A DNA stretch of 57,433 nucleotides, the filler included, from Basidiobolus meristosporus CBS 931.73 (taxonomy: Eukaryota; Fungi; Basidiobolomycota): NCBI GenBank assembly GCA_002104905.1. It is 3 parts of 3 records of this genome, joined end to end, with 100 filler letters (N's around TTAATTAATTAA, not from the genome) between each part and the next. Parts side by side here need not be neighbours in the genome. Positions count along the whole stretch, not along the records: positions 39,237 to 57,433 come from MCFE01001067.1; 2 more parts are not named here. The stretch is one strand, 5' to 3'. How positions within the stretch are numbered: the first letter of the stretch is position 1; every line of letters starts with the position of its first letter. The position numbers and the translations under genes were made by a program. Positions 48,994 through 57,433 of this stretch are shown piece after piece. The notes below the pieces were generated by a model. That model was not told where the DNA came from. It saw nothing but the letters and a program-made list of their open reading frames with translations, and made no database searches.

Positions 48994-51900
48994 ATCGAAG
49001 TCGCAAGTACCAGCAAGACCTTTATGTGGCCTCGTCCCTGGTTGACGCACTTAAGGATCGGCTTCATAAAACTGTTCGCCGGATTGTTTCTCCTATCATC
49101 TATATTTTGGAGCAGTCCCACATCCTTGATGCCTATTTCAGGCAAGTGGAGCTACCGCTAAAAATCATGGATAAAAAGCAGGTCTGTGACCCAGTGAGCT
49201 TGCATATGTTCGTTTGGCGTCACTTCACAAAGGTCATTGAGATTGCAAAACTAGTAAGGAAATTCCCCGAGTGGGAATTGTGGGTTGCGAGCAGCAACAG
49301 CACTGGGGTTAATTTCACTAATTCATTCCTGGAGTATGCGGTCGCTAGTATGGTTGCGAAGCTTCGAGCAACAGAAGAGAGTAGACCTGCCTTTATGCAA
49401 TGGTATCTTGATGTCTGCTCTGTCTTGTCTGTAGTGGAGATTGTTGTCGGCAGCGTACAATGGGACAATCGAAGACTCTTGGAATTTCTAAGTAAACTGG
49501 TCAAGGACATAGTTCTATTAGCTGGCTGCACTACTGCTCTAATCTCGGAGTTTCTTCCAAGCAAATCAAACGCTCAGTTAGATGAAATCTTCAACTTCGA
49601 TTACGCACGAAATTTCCTTGACATAGTGGAACAAACACACCAGGATGTTGAGGCGATACGGAGAGCGTATTTTTCACGACTTCTCGCCGTGGTCTCCGTT
49701 AAATCGCCTTTACGATCAAGGCTCTATCAAGAACTATTCTCTGGTGAACCACTGCTTTTAGTTGAAAATATTTTAGGGGATATTATTCTTGAGGATGATG
49801 ACAAGATGGTGCTCTTGAATCTTTTTATCCCTATTGCTGGTGACGCAAACGCTTACACTCGGATGAAAAACATCAACAACGCATTTAGCGAGTCTGGTAT
49901 CTTTTCGCCAACTGCAGTGCAACTCTGTGACGCTCTCCAAAGATATCTTTATCCCCAGTGTGAAGAATGGTTTGGCCACTGCGTAGATTTAGCAATGCGA
50001 ATCGTTGCCACACCCAAACCAGAGCCATTAAGTATCGTTTGCTTAATTGCGTTTCTTAAGGTAACCGTAGCTACGTTCTGGAAAGGTCTGTTAGAAGAGC
50101 GCTCTTTTAAGCAGGCAATGGACATGACGCTCGATATTACTGTGATAAATCGTTATCAAGCCCTATATCAGATGATCATTTCTGCAGCCCTTTAAGGTTT
50201 ATCTAGTCAAACAGCTTCGAACGAGGATACAAACATTTTTAACCCAAAAACAATGGCCTTGCAGTTGGTTCTCGTCACTTCATTGGAGGGCCAAGGCTAC
50301 TCTAGGAGTACCAAGAATTGACCTAAATCCATATTGGCTAGTCGAAGGCTATAGTAAGGTGGATGCTGTTCTCACCCATATAGATTCGGTCGTTGAACTG
50401 AGTGAAAGATCTCTGCTGTCACAACCATTGACTGCTTGTTTCATCGAGCAACACTGAATTTGAATGCAACCTCACCAATGGTTGGAAGAATTCACACCCA
50501 GTGCATCCAAATAGCTCAGGTGCCTTCTTGTGGGGAGATTCAGAGCTTCTTACTACAATCTACGCTTAAAAGTGACCACCCAATGACAAATATCACTCCG
50601 GAGTCCTCAGATATGATGTTGTCTCAGTGGCCCATCATCTTGTGAGTAAGCACTCTAGCCTAGACCCAATGAAAAATCCCTTGGCCTTGTATCTCCACGA
50701 TCTAGAGAAAGCGCAAAACTCCTATATTCTCACTTGCTACTCAAGCCTAGAAGACGACGATTTGGTGGGATCGATACGAAAGGATGATCCGAGAGTACAA
50801 AGGTATAATCGATTTAAGAGAGATTTCACAGGTTGACTAACTTTTTTTCAGCTACAAGTGCAAGTGTGGATACCGGTATGTAATTGGGGACTGCGGGAAA
50901 TGTCCAGAATGTGGTGCGCGACTCGGTGGCTCTGACCATGTACTAGTGCCGAGCAGCTTGCGGTTACCAACAACCGAGAAGGAATATGATAGGGTTGGTT
51001 ACCTGGTCGAGTCCGCTTCTCCCTGTAAATCAGCTACTGTACGTGATATGTCATGTATCGCCTACAGAATCCTGCACCTGTTTGTTCATTCTCTCCGTTG
51101 GTCAGTCAAGTGATTCAATCCAAGAAAACGGGAATGGCATTTGAAGGGTCTGCAAGTGAATATTGCCGAAAACATGTGGAGAATGACTGGGTGATTTTGA
51201 GGCAACTGCTCCATTCAAATGATCTCTGTTGCATACCATTATATTGAGCTTCAAAAATCTGGAACCGGCAAACCTTAAAACAAGCAAAGAAAGAGAGATC
51301 TGGGAGACAACGTTTGAGCAGAAATATGTTCTTCCCTACACAAGCAACCTGTCATCCACTGCCCATGGATTTAGGCAACAAATTGCCGGATCTGATTCAC
51401 TCAAAAATGAAATTGAAGAAACAAACCTTATTGTTCCAAGCAAGGAATGTAGGTACCTCTCCTCACTATGGCGCAATACTGCTCAGCCAACTAGGGATGG
51501 ACTTCTTTCATACTTTTGGGCATCGAATAGCAGCCGGCAGGAACACCCTTTCCTGGAGATCTTATTTCGACAAATTTACTTCTGATGCAACATCTTTACC
51601 CCATAGTTTGTTTTGTCATCGTGCTGCACAGGCGACTCTTGCACCGCATATCCCGAACTGACGCTTTACAAATCACATTCAGCAAGTTGTTCAGTCAAGA
51701 GGACTTAGGCTTAACTGGTAAACCTCTGCGGGCACACCAGGATAGCCTCATAGATCTGTTCACATCGTTTGAGTATGCGAGCATGTGAGATATTATCGAT
51801 GCCACGAATTTCGGCAACCAATTCCAAAGATCTCACTGGAGAGTAGTATTTGTATGGCCTTGGTGGATGACAAGGATCTTTGCGCAATCCTAGAGCACCT

Positions 51901-53946
51901 TTGCAATATCCAATCACGCTTTATAGCCGATGTCCTGGCCATCGATATCAAATCCTGTATGCCTCTGAAGTTTGCCGAGAGCACTGTGGAGAATTCCGAA
52001 GGAGATTCAGTACTGCAGATACCCCTGGTGCAGCTCGAGATGATTCGAGAAAGTCAGATAGTTGACTATTCGTGGAGTGATGATCTACTTGACTTTAGTC
52101 AGTATAATCTGGAGTATGGACAGGGGCTTGCGGTGATATATGACTTGCAGAAGATTGAAAACGAGCTGGTTGCACACTTGATGGTCGGCAAAGCAATTGT
52201 ATTTGTGGAGGATGGAAGCCCGCCGCTCCCGTACTTTCAATACCAATCAGAGCTGTTCTGCAACTCGGCACGCTTGATGGCAGAAATCCGGAAATTCATT
52301 CCCCAGGAGACAGCTCCTATTGAGAAACAAGCGATGATCATGACTATTGACAAGAAGGAACCATCCAAGCTACTCGGCAATTTTGACATATTACTCTCCT
52401 TTTTGCGGCAAACTCCTGGCCATCCTGATCAAATGATTATCGAGTACGAGAAGATGTGGAACTTGGGCAGCGGGCTGGTTGATGCTGATACCAGGGAAGT
52501 GTTTGGCACTTGGCAGCTAAAGCATATATTATGCCTGTATGTCTATATCGAGGAAGTCGTGCCTGATTTTATTCTGGGCTCCATCGATAAGCAGTATCAA
52601 CCTGAGCTTTCTGCCGAAAAGAAACGGCTACTACAGACCAATTTGCCATACGACTCGAGCAGTTTTGCCGTTATTGCCGGCTCACTGAAACGGTTTATGC
52701 TACAAAGCCTGGCCTATAAAAGCGTTAGGCCTGTAGATCGACTGCTAGACTACATGATAGACAATTTGCTCAAATACTGGCCATCCGAGTACAAAGAGGA
52801 TAAAATTGAGAGTAGCATCCCAGAGTGTATCTTGGTGGAAGAGACCCTGGAGTTTTACAACTGGGTGAATCAACATATAGCGCAGGTAATAATGACTTGA
52901 ATGCTGGATTTAATAATACTTAACTCGAACCTTCAGTAGTCAAGCAGATGTTCCACCGTTGGAGAGACCACAGGCAACACTGCACGCCCCAAGGGCAAGG
53001 AAAAAATGGCTCTTCCTGAGAAGAAAGCTCGGAAATTCAATCGAGCATAGTTTGCCTAACACATGCTCACAATGATGCCATTTGGCGATTCGTGCCATTG
53101 TTGTATATTACTTGGCAATTGAGCCACGGAATGCTGGTAATATCTATTTTTTCCAGGTCGCAGATGCCTTTAATACATACTGCCAAAGTAGTAGATCTAC
53201 TCAAAGGCTAATGATTAAACAAAAGATTTTCAGCATGGGGTATGATATGCATTTCATTTGATAAAGCATAGAGAAGCAGTGTCACTAAGGTAATGAAATC
53301 CCAGCTTGGACTAAGATCAGATGAAATCACAAAATATTGTTTCTGGTTTAAGTTTTGGAGATATTTTAAGTGACTGGGCACACAGGTGGACTATGTAGTT
53401 TTCACTTATTGATCCTGTGGATGAAAAGGTAGTTTTTATACATTCCAAGACACCTGATGCTTTAGTATAATCCAACACCATATTTATTCACAGAATTGTG
53501 AAGCTTTTTAAGCGTTGCTTTTAGTTGCTGTAGTACTTCCTGAGGAAAATTGTGACCTGGAGGGAAGGTGAGCTCTTCAATATGCTGAAGTATATTTTGA
53601 CCAGCTTTAATCTAAAGAGAACAGCACAAAGAGAGCACTATTGTAGTGAAAACCATAGATATATCCCTTGGGCTCCCAATTGACAATATGGCTGACTTCA
53701 TCTTTGTGTTTTGTCAGTAGCAGTCAAGTATAGAACTACTGTGATTGTATCCTAGCTACATAATGAATTTAATAAGTTTAGGCATGTAAATGCTAAGTGT
53801 ATTCAGGTAGCTTCCATGATTTGCCAATAAAGGACATGCAGTATTTCTCAAGTAGCAAGCTGTTTGATTGGCAAATACAGAAGACTTTCATAGCACAATC
53901 TATATGATATGCAGATATGAGGCGTGTATCAGGTATGAGGGGGCAT

Positions 53947-56650
53947 GGAGCACAGTCACCAACAGGTGAAATCTTTATTTCAGTTGAAACAAAGAAGCCA
54001 GTGCTACTGTTGTAGCTTTGATACAAGAGTGTGTAGCTGAGGGGAACTGGTAGGTAAGTTAATAAGAAGTGATGATAGTTCTTCAGTGCTCAAGACTACT
54101 GTTCAGTGGGAAGGGGGGTAGCAAGAGAGGTAAGAATGACTTGTGAACAACATTAATGAGGGGAATGTGATAAGGATTGATATTCATCATAAAGGGAGTG
54201 TGCTGCTGCAGATATTGCTGCCAAAGAGTCTGTCAAGTACTTCAGGTAGGCCAGCTTGGGTTTTTCTGACTGCAGAATATAATGAGCAAACTTCTAGACT
54301 TCAGGATCTCCAAGTATAGTTCTCCAGCAGGAGCCAGGTGTTGTGTGGTGTGTTCTCTTCCAGGCCTTAATCAGTGGGTTGTTGCAGTTGTGAAGTCTGA
54401 GGTATAGTCTGGTTCTAAGGTAGAGAAGTCTGATCTTATAGGGCATAAACCCAAAAGCACCAAGAATAGCATGTCTGTAGGGGCATTCAGGCAAATGAGG
54501 CACTAAGGAGGTAATGCACCATACTGCAAACTTGTCAAGCTTAGTGCAGTCTCTAGAAGTAAGAGAGAGAAGTGGTAAGCCAAATTCCAGGACAGGGAAG
54601 ACAAACTGCTTAAGTAGAAGGAGGCAGCTGGGGGCTGAAGTTGTAGGAGGAGTAACAGCCAATAGCTTGTGGAGTGCCTGTCTTGCCAGGATAATTCTCT
54701 TCTTCAGGTGTGCCCCAGAGTCTAGTCCAGTAGGAAGGAAAGCCAAGATATATAGCAGAAACCTGAGCAGGTAGAGTGGAGTTCTCCAAGTTGATGGGAG
54801 AGCCCAAAGGTACTGTCTTTGCAATGGAAAGCTGGAGATTATTCTTCTGCAGATACTGGTGGATGGTCTGGGAGTCTTGTTGCACATTGGAGGAGGATAT
54901 TCTGATGTCATCAGCAAAGAGAGTAACCAGGCAGTTAGCTGAGAGTCTTGGGAAATCATTCAGGAAGATGGCAAACAGTATAGGACCAAGCACAGAGCCT
55001 TGAACCACTCCATTAGGAACTGAGAACACAGCTGATTGCTCACTTGGGTGCAGAATTCTTGCTTGTGGATCCAGAAACAGAGACCTGACAAGAAGGGTGA
55101 GAGCGGTACTGGAGAAGCATTGCAACTTGGACCAAAGCAGATTTCTGTCAACTGAATCAAAGGCCCTAGTAATATCAAACAGAACAGAGGGATACTTGCA
55201 CTGGAGAGAGTGATCTTGGCTAAGTATGACTGCATACTCCATGGAGAGGCCAGGAACAAAGCCAAACTGTGCAGGATGAAACTTGAGGGAGTCAGTGTAG
55301 AGCTCCTGAGCAAGCAGAAGCTCAAACACCTTCCTGCAGGTGGGCAGCAGAGATATTGGCCTGTAGGAGCTAGGATCCAGGTGCTTTCCTTTACCCTTGT
55401 ACAGTGGCAGAACATTTGCAAAGGACCATTCCTCAGGAGTAGAAAGCTGGGGTGAGCATTGGTGAAACAGTGGAAGCAGAAGTGCAGACATGGCCTTGGT
55501 ACTAGTCTTCAGAAGCTCATAGGAGATTGTGTCCACATCTGGAGCAGTAGAGTTGGGAAGCCTCTTGAGCACATTATGGATTCTCCTTTGATCAAGTGCA
55601 AGTGGGATGGGCAGAGTCTTGAAGTCAGGATGAAAGCCAGGAGTTGAGTACTGCTTTATAGAGAAGAAGATGTTAGCCAGCTGTTCTGTTGAAGGTAACT
55701 TCCTGGAAGAGGGCCTCATTGCCCTGTAGAGTCTTGATACTGCTCTTGTTATAGAGTTGGAAGATTGCAGAGGCAAAGAACTCATAATATGATCCCAGAG
55801 CTGAGTATGCAGAGTGTGGTGAATTGCCTTGGAGTGGTGTATGTGTTGTATCCAAGAGAAAGTGTAATAAAACTCTTGAATGGTTTAACTGAACCAAAGG
55901 GACAATTAAGTGCAGAATCTTAGAATTGTCAGAGAGTGGCAGAAATATTAGCAGAAAGATTCTGATCTAATATTGGTCTTGGATATAGCTGGGTTGGCTA
56001 TAAAGGCAATGATATTTGTTTGCTAGGCAGGCTAGGCTTGGTGTTCTTTGGAGTGCTAGATATACTAGGCTTGGATAGAAACTAGAACGGAATTGTTGGA
56101 TTCTTATTTTTGCTGAGACAGAATCTTAATTTCGTTGAGACACACACTAAACCAAAAGGTTCAGTAAACTTTATTTATACTTTTCTGATCAAGTTGAATT
56201 AGTCAGCGCCAAGGGACTGGATTGATTGAAATCAATTTGGGTGTTCATAGGTGCATAAGACAAATGAAAATTACATCATCAATCAACTGATGTCTTGGCA
56301 ACTGCACAGTGGTTGGATAGATCTCAGATGACTAATCACCTGGGAAGGCTTGGCAGATAGGTTGATAACGTAATGACCATTTGAAAATAGATCAGGTGTG
56401 ATAGCTAAAAATAGATTCTGATGTGGGATAAAATAAACTGTAACTGGGATTTGTTATGTTTGGGTTAGGGAAAATCAGTTAGGGTACTAGATTTTCAAAC
56501 GGAGTAAAATTGGCTAAGCTTTAAATGTTGATGCACAACAGTATGGCTGTCAGGAGGAGTTTCTCTGTTTTTGGGTTAGGGAAACTCAGGTAGCTTTGTT
56601 GCAGGGCTGAAACAATGGATTCCCATTTTCTTGAGGTAACAGCAGTAGGG
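53947..56650 (-). mobile_element. Telomere-associated non-LTR retroelement, copy 2 (longest, ~2.7 kb; RT frame 54004-55785 disrupted)
   Basis: Near-identical to copy 1 over 1.4 kb and extends further 5' (KRLPNSTAPDVDTISYELLK, EEWSFANVLPLYKGKG). Carries a 5-nt deletion near 54737 and a nonsense codon at 54294-54296; the upstream 0.85 kb has stops in all frames. Confidence 0.93.
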
Positions 56651-56715
56651 GGGAGACAGTCACCAACAGGTGAAATCTTTATTTCAGTTGAAACAAAGAA
56701 GCCAGCGCTACTGTT
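56648..56715 (-). mobile_element. RT element copy 3: ~68-nt 3' stub (3' UTR + stop codon)
   Basis: GGGGGGAGACAGTCACCAACAGGTGAAATCTTTATTTCAGTTGAAACAAAGAAGCCAGCGCTACTGTT matches the 3' end of copies 1 and 2. Confidence 0.92.
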
Positions 56716-56716
56716 A

Positions 56717-57242
56717 GGGGGAGGAAAGTCACCAAGTGGTGAAATCTTTATTTACTTATGACAAGTATCTAAAGAAGCCAAGTTAATCTGAAGTAATTCC
56801 TAGAAAGCTAGGTCTGAGAGATATCTTCCTGGTAAGCCAGGTCTGAGAGTTGAGAAGCTGAGTGGTACTATATTTCCTAGTTAGCTAGGTCTGAGAGAGG
56901 TTTCCTGGGAAGCCAGGCCTGAGAAGTGAGAATCTGAATATATCTGAGCTAAGTTATACTGGTTTGCGGTAGCTGAATTGTGGCCAGAATGGCCAGTAGA
57001 CTGGGGGAGCTGAGATGAATTTCTGGGCGATCACTGGCCAAATTTACTAGGCAAATCTGGACAATTAGCATTTCAAGGATTTCAGCCAATCAGAGCCTTT
57101 ACTTTGCCCGATGGTTGATCAAGCCATCTCCCAATGAGCACACATCAATTTTATTAATCAAATTTTTGCTGGATCCAGGATTTGAACCCACAACCATGAG
57201 TATGGAAGGGTTAGGGATAACCACAAGGCTAAGTGTTCTTGG
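56717..57242 (-). mobile_element. Telomere-associated tRNA-derived SINE, copy 3 (full length)
   Basis: Only about 14 differences from copy 2 counted by eye; A box 57221-57231, B box 57178-57188. Confidence 0.88.
57178..57231 (-). promoter_or_regulatory. Internal RNA Pol III (type 2) promoter of the SINE: A box + B box
   Basis: TAGCCTTGTGG-32 nt-GGTTCAAATCC, with tRNA-like spacing; conserved in all three copies. Confidence 0.78.
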
Positions 57243-57433
57243 TTAGGGTTAGGGTTAGGGTTAGGGTTAGGGTTAGGGTTAGGGTTAGGGTTAGGGTTAG
57301 GGTTAGGGTTAGGGTTAGGGTTAGGGTTAGGGTTAGGGTTAGGGTTAGGGTTAGGGTTAGGGTTAGGGTTAGGGTTAGGGTTAGGGTTAGGGTTAGGGTT
57401 AGGGTTAGGGTTAGGGTTAGGGTTAGGGTTAGG
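57243..57433 (+). repeat. Terminal telomere (TTAGGG)n
   Basis: Uninterrupted TTAGGG to the end of the window, G-strand pointing outward. Confidence 0.99.

Larger units (their letters stand above)
43753..52900 (+). pseudogene. RNF213 (mysterin)-like giant AAA+ ATPase / E3 ligase, heavily disrupted
   Basis: SAHSGQGKT; YVLSADNVLKMVLMLLRIHANIPII followed by frameshifted GEAGCGK; ILNLHAG; WVFFDEINTCNHMGLL; FAACNPYR; LVYQVHPVPEALLDYIWDYG; VSLRDIKR; NRFEKH; RZ finger YKCKCGYRYVIGDCG..CPECGARLGGSDH at 50853-50939. Many stops and frameshifts. Confidence 0.88.

Noticed and set aside
57165-57242. SINE as the telomerase RNA gene (CCCTAACCCT resembles a 1.5-repeat template)
   Set aside because: It is multi-copy, has a LINE-shared 3' tail and a tRNA head, and sits within retroelement arrays; I saw no pseudoknot or CR4/5. 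Only a TERT co-purification experiment could revive this.

Overview
Fungal genomic scaffold with short GT-AG introns and TTAGGG telomeres; an early-diverging lineage is my inference, and the organism is not identified. It consists of three contigs joined by artificial 100-nt spacers (N44-TTAATTAATTAA-N44 at 20107-20206 and 39137-39236). From 1-17 kb it carries housekeeping and metabolic genes: alternative oxidase, a secreted GH32 beta-fructofuranosidase, glycogen phosphorylase, a ZIP zinc transporter, COA6 and a PHO84-type phosphate transporter. From 17.7-25.8 kb it is a CpG-depleted TE graveyard with Ty5/copia-type LTRs. An aquaglyceroporin and a Yap1/Pap1-like bZIP gene follow at 31-35 kb. 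The main result is two chromosome-end structures (36399-39136 and 53947-57433), both built from the same two elements in head-to-tail arrays interleaved with very short TTAGGG tracts, with 5' ends pointing to the telomere. One element is a non-LTR (LINE-class) RT with no recognisable intact endonuclease. The other is a ~525-bp tRNA-Gly-like, Pol III-type SINE with a telomeric repeat in its head and four covarying hairpins in its body. The two share a 3' tail (AATAAA, a 5-bp hairpin, oligo-C), and each end terminates in a full-length SINE directly under the telomere tract. This looks like a telomere-specialised LINE/SINE partnership; novelty is unverified without database searches. The last contig also holds an unrelated APE-type LINE and a decayed subtelomeric RNF213 (mysterin)-like AAA+/RZ-finger gene.
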